Shown here: positions 37,877-48,356 of the stretch, piece by piece
Layout: each line of letters opens with the position of its first letter
Position numbering within the stretch: the stretch's first letter is position 1
Assembly: GCA_945861645.1 (NCBI GenBank)
Contig: CAMAVZ010000011.1
Span: 1-54,939 of the forward strand
Direction: 5' to 3'
DNA from: Opitutus sp. GAS368
GTDB taxonomy: Bacteria > Verrucomicrobiota > Verrucomicrobiia > Opitutales > Opitutaceae
DNA: 54,939 nucleotides
Notes under the pieces: model-generated
Seen by the model: the letters and a program-made list of their open reading frames with translations, nothing else
Databases searched by the model: none
What the model was told of the DNA's origin: nothing
Made by a program: the position numbers and the translations under genes

Positions 37877-39109
37877 ATGGCTGTGCCGCCTAATATTCTT
37901 TGGATTGTTACGACGCAGTGGCGCGCTTCAGCCACTGGCTATGCCGGCGATGTTAATGCCCGGACGCCGTGGTTGGATGGATTAGCCAGTGAGGCGGTTA
38001 ATTTTACAGCAGCGGTGACGCCGCATCCGTTCGGGCCGCAGGCGCGAGCGGCCTTACTCACAGGTCAGCGCTGTCCCGATAATGGGGTCAGTGATTACTG
38101 GGATCCCTTGCCGTCTGATGCGCGGACGGTGGCGCACGCCTTGGCTGACCGCGGGTATGAGACGGCTTTTTTTGGGAAGTGGCACTTAGCCGAGCGGGAT
38201 CGTACGGCCCCTTTGATTGGCGAAGTCCACGCGAAGATGAAGGTGCCCCCGGCGCGGCGCGGCGGCTTTGCGCTATGGGAAGGTTTCGAGGGTGGTTTTT
38301 TGCTGAATGATCCCTGGCTGCACGGCTCACGGCTACCGGAGCCGAGACGTTTTAAGGGCTATCAAGCGGAGGTCTTGGCGCAGCGGGCGGGCGAGTGGTG
38401 TCGGCTGCAGCAAGCGCGGCGCGGGGCGGGCGGGCCGCCTTCGTTTTGTGTGGTGAGTATGGAGTCACCGCATCCGCCGTATCATGCGCCGGCGCCGCAT
38501 GTGGCGGAGCGGGCAGCGGCGGAGCTTACTTTGCGGGCTAACGTCCCGCGCGGCGGCGCGGTCGAGCGCCAGGCGCGCTCAGAATTGGCCGGCTATTATG
38601 CGCACATTGAAGCAACGGATCGAGCGATTGGCCAATTGATCGCGGGGATTGATGGGCAGACCACGACGGTGGTTTTCACCTCGGTCCACGGTGACATGCA
38701 CGGCGCGCACGGTTTATTTCGCAAAGGTTGGCCCTATGAGGAATCGGTGCGCGTGCCGCTGTTGATTCGTCGTGAGCGCGGGGCGGGCAATTCAGAATTT
38801 AAGCAACCTGATCGCCGGCCGGTCAGTTTAGTTGATCTGCCGCATATGGCGGTGGCTTGGGCGGAAGGGCGTCCGTGGGAGTGCACCCGCGATCATGCGG
38901 AGATTTCGATGCCCAGTCCCACGACCTTGCCGCACCAATGTCCGCAGGCGTGGCGGGGGTTTCGTTCGCCCCAACACAAGTTGATCCTGAACGCGGCGGG
39001 TGAGCCCTGGCTTTATTTTGATTTAGAGCGTGATCCCCTAGAAATGAAAAATCTCGTCGAGGAGCCGACGCAGCGCGAGTCGATCGCTCGATTGCGCGCA
39101 CTGATGTGA
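37877..39109 (+). CDS. Sulfatase-fold protein lacking the formylglycine motif
   Basis: PNILWI, RAALLTG, FGKWHL, PHPPY, YEESVRVPLLI, DPLEMKNL; CxPxR replaced by GPQAR. Confidence 0.8.
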   Translation: MAVPPNILWIVTTQWRASATGYAGDVNARTPWLDGLASEAVNFTAAVTPHPFGPQARAALLTGQRCPDNGVSDYWDPLPSDARTVAHALADRGYETAFFGKWHLAERDRTAPLIGEVHAKMKVPPARRGGFALWEGFEGGFLLNDPWLHGSRLPEPRRFKGYQAEVLAQRAGEWCRLQQARRGAGGPPSFCVVSMESPHPPYHAPAPHVAERAAAELTLRANVPRGGAVERQARSELAGYYAHIEATDRAIGQLIAGIDGQTTTVVFTSVHGDMHGAHGLFRKGWPYEESVRVPLLIRRERGAGNSEFKQPDRRPVSLVDLPHMAVAWAEGRPWECTRDHAEISMPSPTTLPHQCPQAWRGFRSPQHKLILNAAGEPWLYFDLERDPLEMKNLVEEPTQRESIARLRALM

Positions 39110-39125
39110 AGGCCGTTCGTTCGGC

Positions 39126-41900
39126 TTAGCGCGAGGGCGGCACCGCGGCGGGCCCGGCTGACTTGCTTAACGGCGTCGTGGTCGCGGGGGTATCGGCTGG
39201 GCCCACGATAACGGACCAGCGTGGTTCGGTCAGGACACCGCTCAATTTCAATTCTAGAATACTGGTGATGGGATTAATCACGATACCGATAATAGCGGTC
39301 AGGGGGTTGTCGCTTTCCGCGAATGGTTTAAATTTTGCGGTAAAATTAAGGGCATCATTGGCCAACATAAAATCACCATGGCCGTCGATGACCGCGCTCG
39401 GGCCAGAAATTTTTAAATCGGGGAAGTGGAGCCGGCCTTGATCGAGTTTGAAGCTGGTGCGGGCCGCCTCGAGTTTCAGGGAGGAAAATTTGAGCGATAA
39501 TCCGCTGAGTACTTGGGAGAGCAGGCCAAACAATTGAATTTCCCCCAGCTCTGTGCCGGTGATCGCCGCATTTCCGGTGCCCGTGAAGCTGGCGAGGTCC
39601 CCGGGTTGACCTTCGGCGGAGAGGGCCACATCGAGGCGGCCGCCCGTGGCGCGTTGAATAAATTTGCTCCCCGTGGTGGCGGCAATTTTTTGCCCGCGAC
39701 GATTAGCCTGATATTCTTCGCCCGCTCGGATCGCGCGGGCCAGATCGGTCCCATTAACATTGAGATCAAAGCCTAGCCGGCGCGCCTCGCCGGACCGGTA
39801 AAGGGCGGCTTTACCCGTACCGCGCCCGCCCGCGGTGGTGAATTCAATTTCATCCAAGCGGACCTCCGCACCCGTGACGCCTCCTGCAACGCGCACGGTT
39901 TCGAGCGGGAAACCATAATAGTGCAGGCCGCCGTAAGCCTGGCCGCGGAAGGTATAATTAGGGGTGGCCCCTGGCCCGCGACCTTCGATCGCACCCTCCA
40001 CATGCAGGCGGGGTGGTTGGACGAACTGCAGGCTGGCGATAATCTCGTCGGCTTTTCCATCCAGCATTTTGCCCAACGTGGCGGGGTCGATCTGCGCATC
40101 GAAAAGAAATTCAAAGCGATTAGTTTCCCGCGAGCCTGGAGCTGAAAAGCGCTTAAAATTGCCGGTGAGCTGTTGCGTGCCTTGAGCGCGCGTGCCCTTG
40201 ACGTGCAGGCCGTGCGTAAAATGAGGTCGGAGGAAAATTACGGCTTCCGCTTGCTCGAAAGCGCCACCCCAAATGGTCGCGTGTGACACAGAGGTGGAAC
40301 CAAAATAAACGGTGCGGTTGGGATCGATCCAGCGGCCTTGCACGTCAACTTGGGCGGCGGGTGCGGGACCAGAGAAATTAAAGTGGGCGGTCCAAAAACG
40401 AGACCACCAATCGGTATTGAACCAGCCGCTGATGGCTACTGGGTGCAACTTACCCTCAAGGAGCATGCGATAATCAGAGGTGGTAAAATTCGCGCTATAG
40501 GATCCGTGGGCGGAATTTTCGCCTAATTCCATCTGGGCGTCGTGGACGAATAACGTGGTCGGTTGGAGATCAATTTGACCGCGGAGGGCGGTGATTGGGA
40601 CGCCGCGCGAATTGAGGCGGCCAGCATCGAAGCGCCCGACCAGGCGCGAAAAATTCCAGTGGGGCCCCAAGGCGGCGGTCGCGCGAAAGGTGATGGGATC
40701 AGCCAAAAGAAAAAACGAGGCCGCCCGTGGGGTGTGTTCGCCGAGGATGCTGCTGATGAGCGAGGGGGCCCCGCGGCCTTCCGCTTGGATGAGGGCGGTT
40801 TGGGCCTGCAGGTGGGCGCTGACTTCGGCGCGGATAAATTCGCCGTTAATTTGCGTCGCCACCTCCATTTGCACCGCGGGCCAGTGGGCGAAATTGGCTT
40901 GGAGGACGGGGGCTTGGGCTTGTTGGCCGAGAGCCGTGAGCGTGCTGGCGGCGACCAGTGCCTCGGTGGGTTGGAGCGAGAATTTATTCAGCACAATTTG
41001 AAAGGTCAGGATTGCCCGAATTTGTTCTAAAGTGTAATCGCCTTGGAAGGCCCCGTGATGAATGGCGGCATGCACGCGCAAGGTGCGCGGGCCAGTCCCA
41101 TCCAGACGCAGCGTGGTGGTGGCGGCGAAGGAGCCGAGGGTGATCGGTTGACCCCAAGGCCGGTGAGCCGCTCGCCCGGTGAATAATAAATTAGCCGTAT
41201 TGCCGACGCCCGCTGGGCTATCGAAGCGTAGGGTCAGCGTGGGATCATCAAAACTATCAAATTGGTGGATATGGGGTACCAATTGACGGCTGAGCTGGAG
41301 CAGGCGAAGAGCCATTTCCTCCGGCGCGGGTGGCGTGCCACCAGGGGCGATGGCGGGTGGGGTGAGGGTACCTTGGGCCGTGACCGTTAACTGGCCAATG
41401 CGCCCTACGCCGAGGTCGAGGTGCCAGAGCTGGGCTGCGCGCCGCAACTTGAGGGTCAGATCGCGGACGAGTGGCTCCGTCGTGCCACTCGGGGCCAGCA
41501 TCGCGGGCAGCTGCAGGGTGGCGTTGATTAAATGGATCTCATCGGGGAGCGGCCGGCCGGCGAGTTGGGCCCAGAGGTTGGAGCGCACGTATACGAGGCG
41601 GCTTGTGACCAGCGGCTCCTCAAACTGGCGGAGGCGCAGGGAGAAATCTTTAAATAAAATTTGGCCGGTCGGATCGAAACTAACGTGGCCAAATTTAATC
41701 GCGAGGTTGGCGCTGGCGAGTTTCGCCTCAATTTGCCGCAACACAAAATCAGGGACCGGGAGCTCTTTCGCTACGGTGATGTACACTAAACCGCCCAGAG
41801 TGCCGCCGAGGGTGAGCCAGGCTGTCCACCAGCCGAGCATGATCAAGCAGGAGCGGCAAAAGCGATAAGCTGAGGTGGCGAGAGAGAAAAGAAAGGACAT
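39126..41900 (-). CDS. AsmA-like/YhdP-type envelope protein
   Basis: N-terminal TM, long beta-rich body, AsmA-like C-terminus (LELKLSGVLTEPRWS). Confidence 0.7.
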   Translation of the reverse strand: MSFLFSLATSAYRFCRSCLIMLGWWTAWLTLGGTLGGLVYITVAKELPVPDFVLRQIEAKLASANLAIKFGHVSFDPTGQILFKDFSLRLRQFEEPLVTSRLVYVRSNLWAQLAGRPLPDEIHLINATLQLPAMLAPSGTTEPLVRDLTLKLRRAAQLWHLDLGVGRIGQLTVTAQGTLTPPAIAPGGTPPAPEEMALRLLQLSRQLVPHIHQFDSFDDPTLTLRFDSPAGVGNTANLLFTGRAAHRPWGQPITLGSFAATTTLRLDGTGPRTLRVHAAIHHGAFQGDYTLEQIRAILTFQIVLNKFSLQPTEALVAASTLTALGQQAQAPVLQANFAHWPAVQMEVATQINGEFIRAEVSAHLQAQTALIQAEGRGAPSLISSILGEHTPRAASFFLLADPITFRATAALGPHWNFSRLVGRFDAGRLNSRGVPITALRGQIDLQPTTLFVHDAQMELGENSAHGSYSANFTTSDYRMLLEGKLHPVAISGWFNTDWWSRFWTAHFNFSGPAPAAQVDVQGRWIDPNRTVYFGSTSVSHATIWGGAFEQAEAVIFLRPHFTHGLHVKGTRAQGTQQLTGNFKRFSAPGSRETNRFEFLFDAQIDPATLGKMLDGKADEIIASLQFVQPPRLHVEGAIEGRGPGATPNYTFRGQAYGGLHYYGFPLETVRVAGGVTGAEVRLDEIEFTTAGGRGTGKAALYRSGEARRLGFDLNVNGTDLARAIRAGEEYQANRRGQKIAATTGSKFIQRATGGRLDVALSAEGQPGDLASFTGTGNAAITGTELGEIQLFGLLSQVLSGLSLKFSSLKLEAARTSFKLDQGRLHFPDLKISGPSAVIDGHGDFMLANDALNFTAKFKPFAESDNPLTAIIGIVINPITSILELKLSGVLTEPRWSVIVGPADTPATTTPLSKSAGPAAVPPSR

Positions 41901-41924
41901 GGCGGCGCCGCGCTGGCGCAAAGC

Positions 41925-43889
41925 TTACGGCTGGCTGGCGGCGGCTGGGGGAAGCGGCGGCGCGGGTTTTACGGCGGGCGCTGGCGTGGGTGCGGGCACC
42001 AGTGGGCCGGGATCGTGCTTCTCCGCATACGTGAGCGCAAAAAGGGCATCGAGCATGGGCTGCGTAACTTCAAACTGCACCCCATTATAAAATTCCGCAG
42101 AGCCGGCTAACAGGGTCGTGCCACCCAAGCGCTCGGTGAGGAAGAGGGTGGAGGTGCTTTTTTGGGTCGCGCCCGTGCCGCTGACCAAGGCTAAGCCGAC
42201 ATCAAGTCGATATTTCCAAGGACGCTCGCCTTCGGGGGTATCGGCCTGTTCTGGCCGAAAGCCGTCAGCGGTGAAATTTTTTGCGCGCAGGGTGCGCAGC
42301 TCGGTGAGCAGGGCCGCGAGGGGCGGTCGCTGATGGGCGGGTAACGTGGCGAGGACCGCATCCCAGTTTTTATCAGCGCTGGGCAATTGGTAACTGTGCA
42401 CCGCGGTGTTGGTGCTGAGATCCGTGAGCGTTATGTCGGTGAGCCGAGCACTTTCGGGTAATTCGCGCAGGAGTCGCTGCCGATAGTGCCGGACGCGACT
42501 GGGGGTAACGGTTAAAATATCGGGCAGGATTTGGTAAAGAAACGGGGTGTTCTTCACTCGGGCAAAGGCGACGTTGGGCTGTTTCGGGGAGACCCCGATT
42601 TGCAGCGTGAGCGTGGAGGATTCGTTGCCTTGCGGGCCGCCCCCGGTGCTCAGACTAAGCGTGATTTCCCGTTCTGGACGGTTGAACCCGTATTGCTCGA
42701 GATCAGCCGCGGCGGGGGCATCACTGAGGAATTTCTTGGCGGCAAGGAGATAGATTTTCTGCAGGAGCTCTTCCACCAGGGCCGCATCAGCTGACGCGGG
42801 GAGAGGCGCTTGTCCGGGCACGCGCGTGACCACCTGCCAAGCGAACGCCCCCGTGCTGTCTTGGAGGCGCTGCAAACTTAACTCAGGTTGGCCGGGGGTG
42901 CTCAGCGTGAGGGCACTGACTGTCGTGGGCTCAAACTCGAGGACGCGAGTTTCTCGTAATTCTTCTTGTGCCGTCCGCAACGTCGCGAGCAGAGCGGGGG
43001 GCAGGGTGACGGTAAAGATCACGGCCTTATCTTCAATTTTAGCGAAATAATCGCCGGCGGCATCAACTTCGCCCAGGAGCAGCGTCTCGCGGCGCGCATT
43101 GCCTTCGAGGGTAACGCGCAGGGCGGCGGTCGTGAGGCCGGCGCGGTCTAAATCGCTGTCGCGGGGGTCGAGAAATTTTTTCGCATTCAGCGCGTTCAGC
43201 GCGTTGATGGTCACGACGACCGCGGCCTTGCTCGCGCGGGCGCTGATCGGGGTCTCAAAGCCCCACCGGCCGGCCGCGTCGCGGCGCAGGCGCACTTTCA
43301 GATTGGGCGCGGCGGTTTGAATATTCAGGGAGCGCACTTCAAACATCGGGACGGTGAAAATGGAGTCCGCGCGCAAATCTTCGAGGGGCAGGCCGACACT
43401 TTCGGCGAGGCTCCGGCCGACGACGTGGATGCGTTGGCCATCGGGGGAGAGGACATAGAGGCGATTACCAATCTTGGTATCGTCGCCAATTTTCAGCACG
43501 TAATCTTTTTTCGCGGACGTAAACGTCAGGACAAACGCCGGTTGGTCGAGGCCGTAATCGGCGAGGGTTTGGCCGCTCCGGGTCAAGTCAGCGACCGCAA
43601 AGCTCGTTTCGTGCTCGAGAAATTGCAGCTCATTGATCAGGCGGGTGACCGCATTAGGATTGGCCAGCCACTCGTAGGGTTCCTGCAGCCACCAAGCATC
43701 ACCGCGTCGTTCTAATTTAAGCGGGGCTGCGCTGCGACTAGTCCGGGTGATGGCGGCAATGGTGGCGACTTCGGCGCCGAGGACGCGCTTACCGTTGGCG
43801 TCGGGGAGTTTTACTTTCTCATATTGAAAAATATAGAAAAACAAAACGACGTTAAAAAACAGGAGAGCGACGGTGACTTTGGAGCGCAT
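41925..43889 (-). CDS. DUF4340 domain protein
   Basis: Repeated LADYGLDQP / LEQYGFNRP motifs; follows GldG-like gene. Confidence 0.8.
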   Translation of the reverse strand: MRSKVTVALLFFNVVLFFYIFQYEKVKLPDANGKRVLGAEVATIAAITRTSRSAAPLKLERRGDAWWLQEPYEWLANPNAVTRLINELQFLEHETSFAVADLTRSGQTLADYGLDQPAFVLTFTSAKKDYVLKIGDDTKIGNRLYVLSPDGQRIHVVGRSLAESVGLPLEDLRADSIFTVPMFEVRSLNIQTAAPNLKVRLRRDAAGRWGFETPISARASKAAVVVTINALNALNAKKFLDPRDSDLDRAGLTTAALRVTLEGNARRETLLLGEVDAAGDYFAKIEDKAVIFTVTLPPALLATLRTAQEELRETRVLEFEPTTVSALTLSTPGQPELSLQRLQDSTGAFAWQVVTRVPGQAPLPASADAALVEELLQKIYLLAAKKFLSDAPAAADLEQYGFNRPEREITLSLSTGGGPQGNESSTLTLQIGVSPKQPNVAFARVKNTPFLYQILPDILTVTPSRVRHYRQRLLRELPESARLTDITLTDLSTNTAVHSYQLPSADKNWDAVLATLPAHQRPPLAALLTELRTLRAKNFTADGFRPEQADTPEGERPWKYRLDVGLALVSGTGATQKSTSTLFLTERLGGTTLLAGSAEFYNGVQFEVTQPMLDALFALTYAEKHDPGPLVPAPTPAPAVKPAPPLPPAAASQP

Positions 43890-43927
43890 GGCAGGAAAAG
43901 CGTGAGCGGTGGGATTACGCGCGGGGG

Positions 43928-45406
43928 TTAATTTCGGCGGGTCCAAAAAACCACGAGTCCGAGGAGAGCGACGATGCCGGGCACCACCAAGTAGAGCCCG
44001 AGACGCAGCCGCATGAGTTCATCGCGGCTCAGTGCCAGTTGGAAACGCTGGATGGGCCGAGGGGGAATATTGAGTTGGGTATCGCGGTCGACCGTCCAGC
44101 TAACGGTGGCGAGGAAGAGGTTAAGATTGCCGCCGTAGCTAATGCGATTGTTGGTGACGAGATCCGCCGTGCCCACCACGGCGAGTCGTCCGCCCCGCAC
44201 GCTGAGCGGCAAATTATTGGCGGGCTTGAGTCGCTCCGAGACTACCATCACGCCGAGTTGGCCGGTTAAATCTTGGCCGGGCGTATAGGCCGCGGGCAGA
44301 CGGAGGCGGTAGCTGGTCTCGCCCCAGGCGGTATCATTCGTGGCCATCAGCACGTTGACGTTGAGGCCGTCATCGGGGGAGCGCCCTTTATCTTCCGTGA
44401 CGACGCGGGCGGGGCCGACGAGCACGGGCAAGTCGCTGCTGACTAAGTTGCGCGTGATGTAATGATCTTTTTTGAAATGCCGCAGCATGAGTTCGCCGGT
44501 GTCGGAGAGATAGGCGCTGCTGGTGTCGTGAATAATATTGTCGTAGGCGATGATGCCCCAATCAAAGAGCAGATCGTCGAGACCGTGCACCCGCGTGGGA
44601 TCGAGGAGGAGTAAAATGCGACCGGCGCGCGTCTGCAGATAATTGCGTAGTAATTCCTGCTCGAAGGGCTGCACGCGACCTTGTTGGCCGGGGATGAGGA
44701 TCAACGCCGTGTCGTCAGGGATTTTGTGCGTGAGACTGAGGTCAAGGCCGGCGAGCTCGTAATTGCGTTGGCGCAATTCGTCGCGGAGTTGCGAGAGGCC
44801 GTGGGCCCCATCGACTTCGTCGGGCCGCATCTCGCCATGGCCCGCGAGGAAATAAATCTTTTTCTTGTTGGGCGCCGAGACATCGAGGATGGCGGCGGTC
44901 AGCGCGGCTTCACCTAAAAATGATTCTTTGCGCTTTTCCTTGAGGTTGACGCGGTAAAATTCACTGAGCGGCATGATGCGGCGGTGGCCTTCGCTTTCGA
45001 GGACGACGACATTCGGCTGGTCGATGCGGAGGGCTTCGGCCTCGCGGCGGCTTTGATAAACGTCGAGGTAGCGGACCGTAATTTTCCCATTGGGGGCGTT
45101 GCGCGACTGGTAGGCGTATTCGCGCAGCAAGCCACTGATGTCGCGGTAGGCGGAGGCGAGATCAGGATTATCGGAGTCGTTGGTGAGGGTGACCGTAATC
45201 GTGACATTATGCTCGAGGCCTTCGAGGTAGGATTTGCTCTCAGCGGAGAGGGAGTGCTGACGGCCTTGCGTTAGGTCGAAGCGCCAGGCGTGCTGGAGGG
45301 CGAGGTAATTGAGTCCGGCGAAGAGCGTCAGAAAAAGGATCGCTTGCAGGATCAGATTAATAAAACGGATCCAGCGGGCGGCGCGAAAGCTGTCGGCAAA
45401 ATTCAT
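43928..45406 (-). CDS. GldG-like ABC accessory protein
   Basis: RFDLT..HSLS, KIYFLAGHGE, NLNLFL, C-terminal TM. Confidence 0.85.
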   Translation of the reverse strand: MNFADSFRAARWIRFINLILQAILFLTLFAGLNYLALQHAWRFDLTQGRQHSLSAESKSYLEGLEHNVTITVTLTNDSDNPDLASAYRDISGLLREYAYQSRNAPNGKITVRYLDVYQSRREAEALRIDQPNVVVLESEGHRRIMPLSEFYRVNLKEKRKESFLGEAALTAAILDVSAPNKKKIYFLAGHGEMRPDEVDGAHGLSQLRDELRQRNYELAGLDLSLTHKIPDDTALILIPGQQGRVQPFEQELLRNYLQTRAGRILLLLDPTRVHGLDDLLFDWGIIAYDNIIHDTSSAYLSDTGELMLRHFKKDHYITRNLVSSDLPVLVGPARVVTEDKGRSPDDGLNVNVLMATNDTAWGETSYRLRLPAAYTPGQDLTGQLGVMVVSERLKPANNLPLSVRGGRLAVVGTADLVTNNRISYGGNLNLFLATVSWTVDRDTQLNIPPRPIQRFQLALSRDELMRLRLGLYLVVPGIVALLGLVVFWTRRN

Positions 45407-45409
45407 GCG

Positions 45410-46171
45410 TTAGCTATTCAAGATTTTAGCTTCCACCCCGAGAATGCTCAAGAGGAGCGTGAGAATGGCGCCGGTGAAGTAGAAGAACACTTGCCGCGTA
45501 TCAATCACCCCATGCGTGAAATCTTCCATGTGCGCGGGGATCCGCAGTGATTCCACGGCATTTTTGAGGGGTTGGAGCCCCTCTGCGTTCAAGGCGCTGA
45601 GTTCGCCCAAATAGCTGAAGCCACCAATTAAGCCGAGCAAACACGTGAAGCAGAGAATGCCCGCGACCGCCTGATTGCGCGTTAGGGCACTGGCGAGAAT
45701 CCCCAACGCGATGAAGAGCAGTCCGCTCAGGGCGATAAAAAGATAGCCGCCAATCAGCGGAGCCGGGTCCAAGAAGCGAGCATCGCGAGCATAGACTTTG
45801 AGCAGATAATGGAAACCCAGGGTGGAACCCCAAAGTAATAGATAGAAAAGGTAGGCCGCCGAAAATTTTCCCAGTACCACTTCGGTCGTGCTGACCGGAG
45901 CGGTGAGGAGAGTCTCCAGCGTGCCCAAGCGGCGTTCCTCGGCGAACGACTTCATCGTGAGCAGCGGGACCATGAAAAAAACCGGAAACCAAAACAGCTG
46001 AAAGAAAACAACCGCGGGCGGCGTTTCCTGCGGGGCTTTACCGTAGAGTTCGAGAATGCCCGCAAATACAAAACCCATCACCCCCAAAAAAAGCACGGCG
46101 GCGATATAGGTGCTGGAGCTATACAGCAAGGTGCGGACTTCGTGGGAGAGGATGGTGAAGTAGTGGCGCAT
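45410..46171 (-). CDS. ABC-2 permease (GldF-like)
   Basis: PLLTMKSFAEERRLGTLETLLTAPV. Confidence 0.9.
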   Translation of the reverse strand: MRHYFTILSHEVRTLLYSSSTYIAAVLFLGVMGFVFAGILELYGKAPQETPPAVVFFQLFWFPVFFMVPLLTMKSFAEERRLGTLETLLTAPVSTTEVVLGKFSAAYLFYLLLWGSTLGFHYLLKVYARDARFLDPAPLIGGYLFIALSGLLFIALGILASALTRNQAVAGILCFTCLLGLIGGFSYLGELSALNAEGLQPLKNAVESLRIPAHMEDFTHGVIDTRQVFFYFTGAILTLLLSILGVEAKILNS

Positions 46172-46197
46172 GAACGAGCGGCGGTGGGGGCGGGGAT

Positions 46198-47223
46198 TTA
46201 AATTTTTGGCAACGGTTGGCGCTGGTCGCCGGGGCTGACCTTTTGATCCGGAAGTCGCGCATCCCAACTGCGTCGCGTGGCGGCGAGGAAGACGTCTTCG
46301 AGTGAGGGTTGGGTGCGATGCAAGGCGCGGAGGCGATAACCCCCGGCCGGTAAGCGCTGGAGGAGCTTTTCTCCGAGATCCTCGGGGGCCGTGGTGACGA
46401 GCGTGGCCACACAGAAACCATCGCTGCTGCAGTCGCCGACGGTGGCGACGCTCAGTGAGGCGTCGATGGTGGTGAGGTGAGCTGCGAAGGCCGCGTTGTG
46501 CTCGGCGAACTCAATGCGGTAGCTGGTGTGGCCAAAAATTTCCCGGCGCAACTCCGCCGGCGAGCCCTGCGCGACGATGCGGCCGCCATTGATAATCAGC
46601 ACGCGATCGCAGGTGGCTTCAATTTCTGGCAAAATATGGCTAGAGATGATCACGCTCATCCGGCCGCGGAGACTGGCGATGAGATCGCGGACAATAATAA
46701 TTTGATGGGGATCGAGGCCGATCGTGGGCTCGTCCATGATGATGACGGCCGGTTCTGCCAGGATGGCTTCCGCAATGCCGACGCGCTGTTTGTTGCCTTT
46801 GGATAAGCGGCCGAGGATGCGGTGGCGGTTGCGCTTCAGATCGCAGAGCTCGAGGACTTCGTCGATGCGCGCCCGCAGTTTAGCGCGCGGCATTTCTTTG
46901 AGGCGGCCGCGAAACCAAAGATATTCAGACACCCGCATATCTTCGGGCAGCGGATTATTTTCCGGCATGTAACCGATGTGGCGCTTGGTGGCTTCCGCTT
47001 GGCTGGCGACGGGGAGCCCGCAGATCTTCACCGAGCCGGAGTTGGCTGGCAGATAGCCGGTGAGGATGCGCATCGTCGTGCTTTTGCCGGCGCCGTTGGG
47101 GCCGAGCAGGCCGACGATCTCTCCGCGTTTGACGGTGAAACTGAGGTCATCGACGGCGGTCAGGCTGCCGTAAGTTTTTACGAGATGAGAGACCTCAATG
47201 GTGATGTCGGGAATTTCGGTCAT
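46198..47223 (-). CDS. ABC ATP-binding protein (GldA-like)
   Basis: GPNGAGKST, LSKGNKQRVG, DEPTIGLDPHQ. Confidence 0.92.
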   Translation of the reverse strand: MTEIPDITIEVSHLVKTYGSLTAVDDLSFTVKRGEIVGLLGPNGAGKSTTMRILTGYLPANSGSVKICGLPVASQAEATKRHIGYMPENNPLPEDMRVSEYLWFRGRLKEMPRAKLRARIDEVLELCDLKRNRHRILGRLSKGNKQRVGIAEAILAEPAVIIMDEPTIGLDPHQIIIVRDLIASLRGRMSVIISSHILPEIEATCDRVLIINGGRIVAQGSPAELRREIFGHTSYRIEFAEHNAAFAAHLTTIDASLSVATVGDCSSDGFCVATLVTTAPEDLGEKLLQRLPAGGYRLRALHRTQPSLEDVFLAATRRSWDARLPDQKVSPGDQRQPLPKI

Positions 47224-47281
47224 GCAGTCGATGGCACGGAGCATTTACACGAAGATTTGGCCTCGCGAGCAAGCTTGGGTA

Positions 47282-48283
47282 TCAGGTCTTCGGCGCGGCG
47301 GGCTGGCTTAAGGTGACCTCGCCGGCGCGGAAGCGTTCCGTCCGGCCGGAGTCAAGGCGGACGATGAGCGAACCCTCGGCATCAATCCCCATCGCCGTGC
47401 CGGTTAAGGTGCGATCGCTGAGGGTAATCGTCACGGGCCGCCCGCGCAGCAGATCATAGCGCGGCCACAGCGAGGCAAATTGCTCGCGGTATTCGCCGGC
47501 GATGAATTGGTCGTAGGCTGATAGCACGCGCCCGATGAGGGCGGCGGCAAATCGGTTAAGCGGAATGGGCGCGCCGGTGGCCTTGGCGAGTGAGGTGGCG
47601 ATGCGCTGCAGCTCGCGCGGGAGGTCTTCGATCCGACCATTCAGGTTGAGGCCAAGGCCAAAGACGAGATCGCGGATCTGATCCGCATCGATGCGCGCTT
47701 CCGTGAGCATCCCGCCCGCCTTGCGTTCATTGAACAGCAAATCATTGGGCCATTTGAGCCCCGGTTTGAGCTGGGTGAAATTTTCGATGAGCCCGCAAAG
47801 ATTTAAGCCCATCCAGAGCGTGAAATCTTGGAGGCGCGCCGGGGCGATTTTTGGCCGAAAAACGAAGGTGCAATAAAGATTGCCCGCGGCGGGACTGTGC
47901 CAAGCGTGACCTCGGCGACCGCGGCCTTGGGTTTGGGCCTGCGCGAGAATCACCAGGGGAGTCGCACAACCATTCGCGAGCTGTCGCTCAGCCTCACTAT
48001 TGGTGCTATCAACGCTCTCTAAGCAGAGTAAATGCGGCGGATGAGGGCGGCGGCTCAGATAGGCTTGGACGAGGGCCGGGTGGAGTCGGTCCGGCATTTG
48101 TTTGAGCCGATAGCCACGACTCTGGACTGCTTCAAAAACGAAACCCTGCTTAGTTAATTTCTGCAGTTGCAACCACACCGCGACGCGCGAGATCCCGAGG
48201 GTTTTTGCCAGTCGCGGGCCGGACACTAAACCGGTGTCCGCCGCGAGCAGTTCGCGCAAAATGGTGATTTCAGTGGAGGGCAT
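47282..48283 (-). CDS. birA: Bifunctional biotin-protein ligase/repressor
   Basis: HTH (LGISRVAVW), DSTN, QTQGRGRRG, KWPNDL. Confidence 0.95.
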   Translation of the reverse strand: MPSTEITILRELLAADTGLVSGPRLAKTLGISRVAVWLQLQKLTKQGFVFEAVQSRGYRLKQMPDRLHPALVQAYLSRRPHPPHLLCLESVDSTNSEAERQLANGCATPLVILAQAQTQGRGRRGHAWHSPAAGNLYCTFVFRPKIAPARLQDFTLWMGLNLCGLIENFTQLKPGLKWPNDLLFNERKAGGMLTEARIDADQIRDLVFGLGLNLNGRIEDLPRELQRIATSLAKATGAPIPLNRFAAALIGRVLSAYDQFIAGEYREQFASLWPRYDLLRGRPVTITLSDRTLTGTAMGIDAEGSLIVRLDSGRTERFRAGEVTLSQPAAPKT

Positions 48284-48356
48284 GGGCGCTGGGGCTACCG
48301 GCCCAGAGTTTTAAAATAAAGGGAGCAGCTTGGTCCGCGCGAGCTGGGCGGCAGGT

